A stretch of 63,263 nucleotides of DNA, from NCBI GenBank assembly GCA_944383925.1, contig CALWRM010000157.1, positions 1 to 63,263 of the forward strand. Reading direction: 5' to 3'. The position numbers and the translations under genes are program-made. Below the pieces are notes generated by a model. It was not told the DNA's origin. It saw only the letters and a program-made list of their open reading frames with translations, and did no database searches. The stretch comes from an uncultured Clostridia bacterium. GTDB taxonomy: Bacteria; Bacillota; Clostridia; Christensenellales; UBA1750. Position 1 is the first letter of the stretch. Every line of letters starts with the position of its first letter. Positions 29,109-38,869 of this stretch are shown here, in pieces.

Positions 29109-30797
29109 TTAGCCACCCATATGTTCAAGCAGGTCTTCATAGCTGGTGGGGATGTAGTCAAGCCCGTTGAGGTCATCCAGCACCAGTTGAACCTTGGGCA
29201 TCATGGAATCGGTCCAAGCGCGCCAATCTGCTTCGATGGTTTCCGGCGTAGAGCTCAGCAGCAGCTCGATGGCCTTGGCCTTCACTTCGGCCACGAAAAG
29301 ACCCAGTGTATCCTTGTTGGGCGTGCTGGTATAGAGCATGTTGTAGTCAACTTTACCGATGTGGGCGTTTTCCCAGTCCCACATCCAAGCGTTGTAACCA
29401 TCCTGACGGTCGGCCTCGGGAATGGATACGTTGGTGAAGGCGTACTCCGCATCGTTGAGCACGGGCCTAGAATAGAATCCGCGAGCAGAGGCATATGGAT
29501 CGACATATTGGCCCTTGTCGTTGATCTCCCACAATAGCTCAATACTGCCGTCAGCAGCGATGTTGTAGTCGCTGCCCTCGATGCCGTATTGCCTAAACAG
29601 CATCCCATCTTCAGTGAGAAGCCAGTTCCACATATCGAGGAAGCGCTCACGTTGGGCCTGTGTGGTGGTTGCGCTGATGGAGTTTGCACCCCAATAGCAT
29701 GGAGACTGCTTTTGCCAGAAGAAGGTGTCATCTACAGGGGAGGAAACCTTTGCGATAGTGTAACTATCTTCACGATCAATATCCGGGAAGGACTCCACCA
29801 TCTTATCCCTGCCGCTGGTGAGGTTGGCGATGGTCGCATGAGCGCCCACAGCAACCATTTGACCGGCATAATACAGATCGATATACATGGTTGAATTGGT
29901 ATCAACCACATTGTCTTGCCATATTAAGCCCTCATCGTACAGCTCTTTGGCAATCTTCAATCCGTCAATGTATTCTTGCGTGGTCGGGTACCAGACATAC
30001 TGGCCGTCAATTTCGATGAAGAAGGGTTCTTCAAAACCCCATTCATAGGTGTTGAGCTGATAGATGCCGAACATATCCGGAAAATACCATTGGGGAGCGG
30101 ACATGCCAAAGGTTTTGCCCGGACCATTGCCGCCGGGATCCTGTTCGATGCAGGCCCGCACAAGATCCATGAATTCATCCCAGGTGTAAATGTCGTTTTC
30201 CTTGCGCATGCCCAGCTTTTCGGCCCAGTCTGCGCGGTAGACCAAACCCATGCACACGGTAAAATCCGCGGAAGCCATGTCTCGCATGGCCGCCATCGCA
30301 TACACGGAGCCGTTTCGCGTGAACAACTCATCCGCAATCATGGAATCGAATTGTTCCTCAATGGCAGGCCATCTGGATAGATCGTCCGGAATGGGGGCGA
30401 AAAGGCCGCTATCCACCCAGCCGCACCACTCGCTGTAGATGTTTTCATTCAGATCCATCCACAACACATCCGGCAGATCTCCTGAAGCGGCCCATATTCT
30501 GGCTTTTTCGTGCCGCTCCCCGAACTGCATGGGGATGTATTCCATATCCACGTTGAATTTGGCCGAGAAGTAATCGTATAGGGCGTTGTCGATTTGTTTA
30601 TCCGCGTCCGTGATGTTATGGGAAAGGGTGATTCGCTCCGCATACTCGCCGGAGGTAGCGGCTTGCGAAGGTTCAGCGCCATCGCTTTGCGTGACCGCAG
30701 TCGAGTCTGGCGAGGGGGAGGAAGTGGGCGCGGCACAACCGGCCAACATGGTCAACAGAAGGGCAGAGATGCAAATCCATACAAAGACCTTTTTCAT
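29109..30797 (-). CDS. Extracellular solute-binding lipoprotein of a carbohydrate ABC importer (LplA-like, large family 1 SBP)
   Basis: 562 aa. Lipobox LLTMLAGC. Its size and its position upstream of two sugar permeases fit this class. AAGGAGG SD upstream. Confidence 0.8.
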   Translation of the reverse strand: MKKVFVWICISALLLTMLAGCAAPTSSPSPDSTAVTQSDGAEPSQAATSGEYAERITLSHNITDADKQIDNALYDYFSAKFNVDMEYIPMQFGERHEKARIWAASGDLPDVLWMDLNENIYSEWCGWVDSGLFAPIPDDLSRWPAIEEQFDSMIADELFTRNGSVYAMAAMRDMASADFTVCMGLVYRADWAEKLGMRKENDIYTWDEFMDLVRACIEQDPGGNGPGKTFGMSAPQWYFPDMFGIYQLNTYEWGFEEPFFIEIDGQYVWYPTTQEYIDGLKIAKELYDEGLIWQDNVVDTNSTMYIDLYYAGQMVAVGAHATIANLTSGRDKMVESFPDIDREDSYTIAKVSSPVDDTFFWQKQSPCYWGANSISATTTQAQRERFLDMWNWLLTEDGMLFRQYGIEGSDYNIAADGSIELLWEINDKGQYVDPYASARGFYSRPVLNDAEYAFTNVSIPEADRQDGYNAWMWDWENAHIGKVDYNMLYTSTPNKDTLGLFVAEVKAKAIELLLSSTPETIEADWRAWTDSMMPKVQLVLDDLNGLDYIPTSYEDLLEHMGG

Positions 30798-30892
30798 GAC
30801 GATCCTCCTTTTGTGTTTGCCTCTGGTTGGGTGAGTGCCAAATAAGCTAGCAAAAACAGTTATCCTCCTTTCCGCCTAGAGCTGGAATATGA

Positions 30893-31783
30893 CTAGCCTT
30901 TGACCGCTCCGATGGCTAGACCTTGAACAAAATACCTCTGCAAGAAGGGATAAAGGCACATGACCGGCGTCATGGTAACCACGATGCTCGCCATTTTAAC
31001 CCCATCCGAGAAAGGTACGATGCCTGCCTCCTGGAGGTGCGAGGACATCACCTGCGCGCCTGTGGATTGGATGATTCCACGAAGGACGAGTTGCAGCGGT
31101 TGCTTAAAGGCAGACTTGATGAAGAGCATCCCATTCCACCATTCGTTCCATCGTTCAATTCCATAATAGAGAGCAAAGGTTACGACCATCGGCAGGGACA
31201 GCGGAAGAATGATGCGAAAAAGGATGGTGAACTCCGAGGCGCCATCCATCTTGGCGGATTCCGTTAATTCTTCTGGAAGCGCCGCGAAGTATTTGCGCAT
31301 GACGGTCATGTACATGATGGAGATGCCCGTTGGTAGAATCATGGAAGAGATGGTATCCATGAGACCTAGATCCTTGATGAGAAGGTAATAGGGGATCAAT
31401 CCTCCGTTGAAGTACATGGTGAAAATAACTGCATAGAGGAAAAACTTCTTGCCCGGAAACTCCCGATTGAATGCATACGCCATGAGCAATGTTAAAAACA
31501 TGTTGTATATGACGCCGAGCACCGTGACCACCAGGGTGACGCCAAGCCCTGTAAAGATGACCTTGGATTCAAAGACGATGTAGTAGGAATCTAGCGTTAG
31601 GTTTTTGGGATATAGCATGAAGGGGGTTTTGATATAGTCGGTTTGGGGCGTAAAGGAAACCAATACGGAATTGTAGAACGGATAGAGGATGAGCAAGGCA
31701 AATAGGACCATAAAGGCGATGTTGAGCACATCAAACCAGTTGCATGCCACTGGACGGCGCTTTTTGTATTTGTATCGTTCCAT
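30893..31783 (-). CDS. Carbohydrate ABC transporter permease (LplC/YtcP-like)
   Basis: Six hydrophobic segments and an EAA-like loop (ESAKMDGASEFTILFRIILP). Confidence 0.9.
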   Translation of the reverse strand: MERYKYKKRRPVACNWFDVLNIAFMVLFALLILYPFYNSVLVSFTPQTDYIKTPFMLYPKNLTLDSYYIVFESKVIFTGLGVTLVVTVLGVIYNMFLTLLMAYAFNREFPGKKFFLYAVIFTMYFNGGLIPYYLLIKDLGLMDTISSMILPTGISIMYMTVMRKYFAALPEELTESAKMDGASEFTILFRIILPLSLPMVVTFALYYGIERWNEWWNGMLFIKSAFKQPLQLVLRGIIQSTGAQVMSSHLQEAGIVPFSDGVKMASIVVTMTPVMCLYPFLQRYFVQGLAIGAVKG

Positions 31784-31795
31784 GCCTATTCCCCC

Positions 31796-32743
31796 TTAAA
31801 CAATGCCGGTTCCACTGATGCGCACGCAAATCCAATTGGTGGTCAGAAGGAGGATGCAGTTTGTTAAACCCTTGAAGAGGCCAACAGCCGTGCTGACACC
31901 GAAATTGGCGGGGCGCTGGAAGGTGATGCGATATACATAGGTGTCGATGATGTCCGCAACTTCGTACACGGTGGGGTTATAGATGTTGATGATCTGCTCA
32001 AAGCCGGCGTCCATGATGCTTCCGATACGGAGAATCAGCGTAACCACCACGATCATGGAAATACCTGGCCAAGTAATGAAGCGGATCTTGTGCCAGCGAT
32101 TTGCACCGTCTATGGTCGCTGCCTCATACAAGGACGGATCGATCGCGGTGATGGCCGCCAAATACAGGATGCAGCTCCAACCGGATTCCTTCCAGGTCAA
32201 CAGGAGTACAAGCAATTGGCGAAAAACGGATTTATTGGTCAGAAACTGCACGCGCTCCAAGCCCATAACGGCAAGAAGATTGTTGATCGCTCCGTTGGAG
32301 GAAAGCATGTTGAGCACCATGCCAGAAACAATGACCCAGGATAGAAAATGAGGTAAGGTGTATATGGTTTGTACAACCTTTTTAAGCCGGGTTTGACGGA
32401 CCTCATTGAGCAAGATCGAAAGAAGGATTGGGAAGGGGAAGAAGAGGAGAATTTGCAAATAGGCAATAACCAGCGTGTTGCGCACAGACTTCCAGAAATC
32501 TCCGTCCACAAAAAGCAGGCGAAAGTTGTCTACGCCATTCCAGGGACTCATGTTGATTCCAAGGTTCACCTGATACCGCTTAAAAGCAAGTTGCAAACCG
32601 TATATGGGTACATACTTGAAAATAATGAAGAACAGTAGGCCAGGGAGCAGTAGAAGATATATGTAGCGATTTTCCCAAATGCGTTGGCGTAAAGGCTTTT
32701 TCCGCCGCATTTGCCGAATGGTGCGAAGGGTTGACCCACTCAT
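31796..32743 (-). CDS. Carbohydrate ABC transporter permease (LplB/YteP-like)
   Basis: Six hydrophobic segments and an EAA loop (EAATIDGANRWHKIRFITWP). Confidence 0.9.
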   Translation of the reverse strand: MSGSTLRTIRQMRRKKPLRQRIWENRYIYLLLLPGLLFFIIFKYVPIYGLQLAFKRYQVNLGINMSPWNGVDNFRLLFVDGDFWKSVRNTLVIAYLQILLFFPFPILLSILLNEVRQTRLKKVVQTIYTLPHFLSWVIVSGMVLNMLSSNGAINNLLAVMGLERVQFLTNKSVFRQLLVLLLTWKESGWSCILYLAAITAIDPSLYEAATIDGANRWHKIRFITWPGISMIVVVTLILRIGSIMDAGFEQIINIYNPTVYEVADIIDTYVYRITFQRPANFGVSTAVGLFKGLTNCILLLTTNWICVRISGTGIV

Positions 32744-32851
32744 ACGATCACCTCCTCTTGTTGGTTAATATGATATCAATTTACATTTAGTTTTTAAATG
32801 CACAAATTCTGGCAGTATTTGCATATTTTATGGCATTGTAAACGAACGGAG

Positions 32852-32886
32852 AAAAAGCGCCCCCTCCGAAGTGCTTCGGAGGGGGC
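32852..32886 (-). terminator. Intrinsic terminator after the M20 peptidase gene
   Basis: On the minus strand: GCCCCCTCCGAAG / CTTCGGAGGGGGC hairpin, followed by GCTTTTTCTCC. Confidence 0.65.
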
Positions 32887-32911
32887 AAGGTCATTTGGCT
32901 CAGGGGAGGTG

Positions 32912-34081
32912 TCATTCATCCACAAAACAGTCTAGAACGGCGGCTAGGCATACGCGCATGCCGGTGGTTAGGGAGGCGATGTCGAGGGATTCCTCCAAGG
33001 TGTGGGCGCCCTGGCCGTTGTACATTCCATAGCAAAGGGACGGAATGCCCATGGAGAAGGGGATGTTGCAGTCCGTGGAGCCGGAACCGGTCTTGGGGCG
33101 TTGGCCGACATATTTCTCCAACAGATCGAAGTGGAACTGCTCCAGCTCCTGCTGGCGCTGCTTGTCCACCTCGCCCATGCAGGGCCGCTGGCCGAGGAGT
33201 TGCAGCTCCACCTTTGCGTCGGCGCTCTTCCTCTTTGCCAGGATCTGGCGCAGGCTCTGCTCCATCTGCTCCAGGCATTCCCGATCGTCGGAACGGATTT
33301 CGTAGAGCATGGAGGCGCTTTGGGCGATGGTGTTCACCGAGGTGCCGCCCTGGATGAGGCCAACGTTGTAGGTGGTCTTGGTTCCGGCCTTTTGCGGGGG
33401 CTTGACCGCGTACAGCTCGGTGATGAGCCCCGCCAGGACCTCGATGGCGTTGCGGTTTCCAAAGCAGCCAAAGCTGTGCCCGCCCTGCGTGGTGGCCTTG
33501 ATCTCGTAACGGGAGGAGCCGACCGCCTTGTTGCAAACATGGGTTAAGCCGCCGTCGAAGGAAATGACGGAGTGGACCCGCCCCTGGTAATCGCGCATCA
33601 GCCGGCGGCAGCCCTTGAGGTTGCCCAGACCTTCCTCGCCGCTGTTGAAGGCGATCAGCACCGGGACGCGGGGCTTGAGTTTGTTTTGCAGGATGTACTT
33701 TGCGCAGAGCAAAAGCACGGCCACGTTGGCCGTATCGTCGCCGACGCCGGGACAATGCATGCGGCCGCCCGCAATGCGGGGTTCCAGCTTGGTGGAGGCG
33801 GGGAAGACGGTGTCGGTGTGGGCCATGAAAACGCGAATGTCGTCCGCATCCTGGCAGCCGAGGGGACAAACCACGTTGAGCGCCGGGTCGATGTACACAT
33901 GCTCCGCGCCGGCGTCCAACAGATAGTTGCGGACAAATTCCGCGCGCAGTTCCTCTTGGTTGGAGGGCGCAGGGATCTTGCAAAGCGTTTCCAAAAGCTC
34001 GAGGAGGGCATCCTGGTTGGCTGCGGCATAGTCCAAGGCTCGCCTGGAAAGCTCGGCGGGTGTAGGCATGGTATCGATCAC
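32912..34081 (-). CDS. M20/M25/M40-family metallopeptidase (peptidase T / ArgE-like)
   Basis: 389 aa. MAHTDTVFP, GVGDDT and NSGEEGLGNL metal-ligand contexts. The start could instead be ATG 34069. Confidence 0.8.
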   Translation of the reverse strand: MIDTMPTPAELSRRALDYAAANQDALLELLETLCKIPAPSNQEELRAEFVRNYLLDAGAEHVYIDPALNVVCPLGCQDADDIRVFMAHTDTVFPASTKLEPRIAGGRMHCPGVGDDTANVAVLLLCAKYILQNKLKPRVPVLIAFNSGEEGLGNLKGCRRLMRDYQGRVHSVISFDGGLTHVCNKAVGSSRYEIKATTQGGHSFGCFGNRNAIEVLAGLITELYAVKPPQKAGTKTTYNVGLIQGGTSVNTIAQSASMLYEIRSDDRECLEQMEQSLRQILAKRKSADAKVELQLLGQRPCMGEVDKQRQQELEQFHFDLLEKYVGQRPKTGSGSTDCNIPFSMGIPSLCYGMYNGQGAHTLEESLDIASLTTGMRVCLAAVLDCFVDE

Positions 34082-34176
34082 TCCCTATCAATGCTTTTCT
34101 CCATTATATGCCAAAGCACGGCCAAAACCAAGGCGCGGCCAGGGCTTTTTTGGAGAAAGCCTTAACAAGCTGTTGC

Positions 34177-34205
34177 TTGCGAAAAAGGGCGAAGAAAGCT
34201 ATAAT
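34177..34205 (+). promoter_or_regulatory. Candidate sigma-A promoter of miaB
   Basis: TTGCGA (34177-34182), a 17-nt spacer, then TATAAT (34200-34205). Confidence 0.45.
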
Positions 34206-34245
34206 AGCAAGCGTGCAATTACCCGAAAGAAGGAGCTAGGCGGCT

Positions 34246-35655
34246 TTGAAGGAACGAAACGAAGCGGCGTTGGTGCCGCAGGAAGAAAAGGACAGACAGC
34301 AAGGCTTCATGGACGAGGTGGCGAGCCTTGGCGGCGGAAAATACGAGATCGTCACCTACGGTTGCCAAATGAACGTGCGCGATTCGCAAACCCTGGCCGG
34401 CCTGTTGGAAGGCATGGGCTATCGCCCCGCCGCGCGCAGGGAAGAAGCCGACCTGATTCTGTTTAACACCTGCTGCGTGCGCGACAACGCCGAGCGCAGG
34501 GTCTTTGGCAACGTGGGCCACCTGCAGGCGCAAAAAAAGGCGAATCCGCGCCTGGTTGTCGGCGTCTGTGGCTGCATGATGCAGCAGGAGGGCGTGCCGG
34601 AGAAGCTTTTAAAATCCTCGCCCTTCGTGGACCTGGTCTTTGGCACCGGAAACCTGTACAAGCTGCCCGAGCTCTTGCTCAGCGTGCTGAAGGAAAGGCG
34701 GCGGCGGGTGTTGGTGGACCAAAACCCCATGGCGCCCATTGCGGAGGGGCTTCCTGCCAGCCGGCACGGCGGCGTGCAGGCCTTTGTAAACATCATGTTC
34801 GGCTGCGATAACTTTTGCAGCTATTGCATCGTTCCCTATGTGCGCGGCCGGGAACGCAGCCGCGCGCCGGAACAGATCCTGGCCGAGGCGGAGGACCTGG
34901 CGCGGCAGGGCGTGCAGGAGATCACCTTGCTCGGCCAAAACGTCAACAGCTACCGCTGGAGCGACGGTACCGATTTTCCAACCCTGCTCAAGCGCCTGGA
35001 TGGCGTCGTGCCTCGCCTGCGCTTTATGACCTCCCATCCCAAGGACCTCTCCGACGAGCTCATCGAGACGATGGCCAGCGGTCGCTCGATCTGTAAGCAG
35101 CTCCATCTGCCCGTGCAGTCCGGTTCTAACGCCATTTTGCAGAGCATGAATCGGCGCTATACCGCCGAGCGTTACCTGGAGCTGGTCCGCAAGCTGCGCG
35201 CCGCCATGCCGGATATCGGGCTTTCCACGGACATCATCGTGGGCTTTCCCGGAGAGACGGACGACGACTTTGAGGCCACCATGGAGTTAAACCGCCTGGT
35301 GCGCTTCGATTCCGCCTATACCTTTCTCTACTCCAAGCGCCAGGGGACCAAGGCGGCCGCCATGGAAAACCAGGTGCCGGAGGAAACCATGAAGGAGCGG
35401 ATTTATCGGCTCATCGCCCAGCAGGAGGCCATCACCCAGGAAAAGCTGCGCTCCATGATCGGCCATGAGCTGGAGGTGTTGGTGGAGGGACCTTCCACCA
35501 GGGATGAAAACGCCTATATGGGCCGGACCGATGCAGGCATTACCGTCAACATCGAGGCGCAAGGGCTTCGCCCCGGCGACTTTGCCCTCGTTTCCATCGC
35601 CTCGGCAGGCATGAATACCCTGCGAGGGACCGTAAAGTGCGTGCGTTCAAGATAG
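34246..35655 (+). CDS. miaB: tRNA-2-methylthio-N6-dimethylallyladenosine synthase (radical SAM methylthiotransferase)
   Basis: UPF0004 N-terminal domain (TYGCQMN), radical-SAM motif CDNFCSYC, and a TRAM C-terminus. TTG 34246 follows AAGGAG; ATG 34309 is an alternative start. Confidence 0.9.
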   Translation: MKERNEAALVPQEEKDRQQGFMDEVASLGGGKYEIVTYGCQMNVRDSQTLAGLLEGMGYRPAARREEADLILFNTCCVRDNAERRVFGNVGHLQAQKKANPRLVVGVCGCMMQQEGVPEKLLKSSPFVDLVFGTGNLYKLPELLLSVLKERRRRVLVDQNPMAPIAEGLPASRHGGVQAFVNIMFGCDNFCSYCIVPYVRGRERSRAPEQILAEAEDLARQGVQEITLLGQNVNSYRWSDGTDFPTLLKRLDGVVPRLRFMTSHPKDLSDELIETMASGRSICKQLHLPVQSGSNAILQSMNRRYTAERYLELVRKLRAAMPDIGLSTDIIVGFPGETDDDFEATMELNRLVRFDSAYTFLYSKRQGTKAAAMENQVPEETMKERIYRLIAQQEAITQEKLRSMIGHELEVLVEGPSTRDENAYMGRTDAGITVNIEAQGLRPGDFALVSIASAGMNTLRGTVKCVRSR

Positions 35656-35685
35656 AAACCAACAAATAACAAGGCGAAAACGCCG

Positions 35686-36105
35686 ATGAAGAAAGGCCGG
35701 ATACCTATGAACTTGGAATTGTTTGAAAAGGCCCGCGCGCTGGGCGAGGCCATGGCGCAGACCGACGAGTACAAGGCCGTGCAAGCCGCGCAGACCCAAT
35801 TGGATGCCGACGAAGAGGCGCAAGCTCTGATCGGTCAGTACAACGGCCTGCAAACCACCATGCAGGAGCTGATGCAGGCGGAAAACCCGGATCGCGACGC
35901 CGTGGCGGCCCTTGCCTCCTCCATGCGCCAGATCCAGGGACAGCTGACCCAGATGCCCGCCATGCAGGCCCTCAACGAGGCCCAGACCGCCTTTGCCGAC
36001 GTGCTCAACTCCGTCAACCAGGTTCTGCGCTTCATCATCACCGGACAAACCGGCGATGCCGATGGCTGCGGCGGAAACTGCGCCGGTTGCAAGGGCTGCG
36101 AGTAG
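35686..36105 (+). CDS. YlbF/YmcA-family protein with a Cys-rich C-terminal tail
   Basis: Helical YlbF-like core (ARALGEAMAQTDEYKAV...) ending in GCGGNCAGCKGCE. ATG 35707 is an alternative start. Confidence 0.7.
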   Translation: MKKGRIPMNLELFEKARALGEAMAQTDEYKAVQAAQTQLDADEEAQALIGQYNGLQTTMQELMQAENPDRDAVAALASSMRQIQGQLTQMPAMQALNEAQTAFADVLNSVNQVLRFIITGQTGDADGCGGNCAGCKGCE

Positions 36106-36134
36106 GCCGCCGGCAACCGCAACACGAGGAGAGG

Positions 36135-36187
36135 GGCCGGGCCCGCGGAACCGATATGCGTTCCGCCTAGAGAGGCCCGGCCTTTTT
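36135..36187 (+). terminator. Terminator-like nested hairpin after the ylbF-like gene
   Basis: The outer stem GGCCGGGCC / GGCCCGGCC encloses an inner GCGGAAC / GTTCCGC hairpin and is followed by TTTTT. Confidence 0.5.
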
Positions 36188-36262
36188 GGGCGCAACCCAG
36201 TGCGCCAGGATATGGAGCAGGGCCTTGATTTGGGCCACGGCCTATGCAGAGAGGTGAATGGA

Positions 36263-38848
36263 ATGCCGCTTTCCCCCATGATGCAGCACTACATGACCAT
36301 GAAGGAGCAGTACAAGGATTGCCTGCTGTTCTACAGGTTGGGCGATTTCTATGAGATGTTTTTTGACGATGCCCTGCTGGCGTCCAAGGAGCTGGAAATC
36401 ACCCTGACCTCGAGGGACTGCGGCCTTCAAGAGCGCGCCCCCATGTGCGGCGTGCCCTACCACGCGGTCAACTCCTATGTACAGCGCCTGATCGAAAAAG
36501 GCCACAACGTGGCCATCTGCGAGCAGATAACCGACCCGGCCCTGTCCAAGGGGCTGGTCGAACGCGAGGTGGTGCGCATCATCACGCCCGGCACCGTCAT
36601 CGAGGATGGCATGTTGGAGGAGAAGCGCAACAATTATCTCCTGGCCATGTACCTGGAGGAGCAGCGCGTGGGATACGCCTATGCGGACGTCTCCACGGGC
36701 GAGCTGCTCTGCGCCCAAAGCCAGAAGGAGGAGCGCTTGATCCTGGGAGAGCTTGCCCGCATCGAGCCGCGGGAAATCCTGCTCTGCGCCAGCGACGCCC
36801 CCTTTTTCAACAAGCTCAAGCTCCCCTGCGCCCCGGTGATTCGTCCCGACGAGGACTTTGACCAGCAGCACGGCCTGCAGTCCCTGCGCAAGCGGCTGAA
36901 GGACAAGCCGCGCAATCTGGGCAAGCTGGGCCCGGCGCTTTGCGCGGTGGATGGGTTGCTGATCTATCTGGACCTGACCCAGAAAAACGCCTTGCGCCAC
37001 ATCAACAGCCTGAAGGTCTACCGCAGGGAAACCCATCTGTTGCTCGATTCCATCGCCAGGCGCAACCTGGAGCTTACGGAAAACCTGCAAACCCGCAAAA
37101 AGGTCGGCAGTCTCCTTGGGTTGATGGACAAGACGAAGACCTCCATGGGCGGCAGGCTGTTGCGGCTTTGGATCGAAGAACCCCTCTGCGACAAGGAGGA
37201 GATCGGCCGCCGGCAGGATGCCGTCGCCGAGCTGCTGGCGGACGAGCTTCGCCTGGGCGAGCTGCGCGAGCTGCTCTCCAACGTCCAGGACATCGAACGG
37301 CTGTTGGGGCGCATCGCCTATGGCAGCGCCAACGCCAGGGATCTGCTGGCCCTGCGCAATTCCATCGGCGTCGTGCCGGCCCTGCGCGCCTGCCTGAGCG
37401 AGATGGAAGCTCCCTACCTCGCGGAGCTGTTTTCCCAGCTGGATACGCTTTCCGATCTACAACAGCTGCTGCAAAGCGCCTTGGCGGAGGAGCCGCCGCT
37501 GACCGTTCGGGAGGGCGGCATCATCAAGGAAGGCTATTCCGCCGAGTTGGATGAGCTGCGCAGCCAGGCCGGCGGCGGGCGAGAATGGCTGAACCGCATC
37601 GAGGAGGCGGAGCGCGAGGCGACGGGCATCAAGAACCTGAAGATCGGCTACAACAAGGTCTTTGGATACTACATCGAGGTCACCAAGTCCTTCCTGTCCC
37701 AGGTGCCCTACCGCTATGTGCGCAGGCAGACCTTGGCCAATTGCGAGCGCTACACCACGGAGGAGCTCAAGCGCCAGGAGGAGAGCATCCTAACCGCGCA
37801 GGACCGGTCGATGAAGCTGGAATACAACCTCTTTTGCGAGATCCGCCTGCAGCTTTGCGACCACATTCGCAGGTTCCAGCAAACGGCCTCCAGCATCAAG
37901 ACCATCGACGCCCTGCAATCCCTGGCCCAGCTGGCCTTGGAAAACAGGTATTGCCGGCCAGAGCTGCACGAGGGCTTTTCTCTGACCATCCATGAAGGCC
38001 GCCATCCCGTGGTGGAGGCGCTTTCCGGCGATCCCTTCGTCCCCAACGACACCTTTATGGACGAAAACGGCAGGCTCCTCATCATCACCGGCCCCAACAT
38101 GGCCGGAAAGTCCACCTACATGCGCCAGGTGGCGTTGATCACCCTCATGGCCCATGTGGGCAGCTTCGTGCCGGCCGCCAGCGCGCGCATTCCCCTGTGC
38201 GATCAAATCTTCACCCGCGTGGGCGCTTCGGACGATTTGGCCGCCGGCCAATCCACATTTATGGTGGAGATGAACGAGATGGCCCAGATCCTGGCCGGCG
38301 CCACCAAGCGCAGCCTGCTCATCCTGGACGAGATCGGCAGGGGAACCTCCACCTTCGACGGCCTGGCCATCGCGTGGGCTTGCGCCGAGTTCATCGCCAA
38401 CAACAAGCGCCTGGGCGCTAAGACCCTCTTCGCCACCCATTACCACGAGCTTTCCGAGCTGGAGGGACGCCTGGAGGGCGCGGTCAATTATTCCATCGCC
38501 GTGAAGGAACACGGGGAGGAGATCATCTTCCTGCGCAAGATCCAGCGCGGCGGCGCGGACCATTCCTTCGGCGTACAGGTGGCGTCCTTGGCCGGCCTGC
38601 CCGCGCCCTTGATCGCCAGGGCTCGGGAGATCATGTCCAAGCTGGAGGTCAACGACGTGACCAACCAGATCAGTCAGAACATCCTGGAAGGAAAGAAGCG
38701 CAAAAACGCCGCCGAGCAGGTGAACATCCTCGAGTATGGCGCGCTGGACTTTGCCCAGGAAATCGCCGCCCTGGACGTAAACGCCATGACGCCGATGGAT
38801 GCGCTTAACAAGCTGTATACCCTGCGGGAAAAGGCGAGAAACCTGTAA
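36263..38848 (+). CDS. mutS: DNA mismatch repair protein MutS
   Basis: N-terminus MPLSPMMQHYMTMKEQYKDCLLFYRLGDFYEMFFDDA, Walker A motif ITGPNMAGKSTYMRQ, and DEIGRGTSTFDG. The upstream part of track ORF 35993 is an in-frame artefact. Confidence 0.95.
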   Translation: MPLSPMMQHYMTMKEQYKDCLLFYRLGDFYEMFFDDALLASKELEITLTSRDCGLQERAPMCGVPYHAVNSYVQRLIEKGHNVAICEQITDPALSKGLVEREVVRIITPGTVIEDGMLEEKRNNYLLAMYLEEQRVGYAYADVSTGELLCAQSQKEERLILGELARIEPREILLCASDAPFFNKLKLPCAPVIRPDEDFDQQHGLQSLRKRLKDKPRNLGKLGPALCAVDGLLIYLDLTQKNALRHINSLKVYRRETHLLLDSIARRNLELTENLQTRKKVGSLLGLMDKTKTSMGGRLLRLWIEEPLCDKEEIGRRQDAVAELLADELRLGELRELLSNVQDIERLLGRIAYGSANARDLLALRNSIGVVPALRACLSEMEAPYLAELFSQLDTLSDLQQLLQSALAEEPPLTVREGGIIKEGYSAELDELRSQAGGGREWLNRIEEAEREATGIKNLKIGYNKVFGYYIEVTKSFLSQVPYRYVRRQTLANCERYTTEELKRQEESILTAQDRSMKLEYNLFCEIRLQLCDHIRRFQQTASSIKTIDALQSLAQLALENRYCRPELHEGFSLTIHEGRHPVVEALSGDPFVPNDTFMDENGRLLIITGPNMAGKSTYMRQVALITLMAHVGSFVPAASARIPLCDQIFTRVGASDDLAAGQSTFMVEMNEMAQILAGATKRSLLILDEIGRGTSTFDGLAIAWACAEFIANNKRLGAKTLFATHYHELSELEGRLEGAVNYSIAVKEHGEEIIFLRKIQRGGADHSFGVQVASLAGLPAPLIARAREIMSKLEVNDVTNQISQNILEGKKRKNAAEQVNILEYGALDFAQEIAALDVNAMTPMDALNKLYTLREKARNL

Positions 38849-38869
38849 GCTGAGGAAAGGAGGTAGCCT

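Noticed and set aside
25391-32911. Mobile-element signatures at the borders of the lower-GC segment
   Set aside because: I looked for an integrase, a transposase, inverted repeats or tRNA-flank duplications and found none by eye. The border hairpins are ordinary terminators, so the segment is reported only as a compositional island.
32916-34091. 391-aa same-strand alternative-frame ORF overlapping the M20 peptidase gene
   Set aside because: It is an Arg/Pro/Gly/His-rich frame-shifted reading. The 32912-34081 frame carries the M20 metal-binding motifs.
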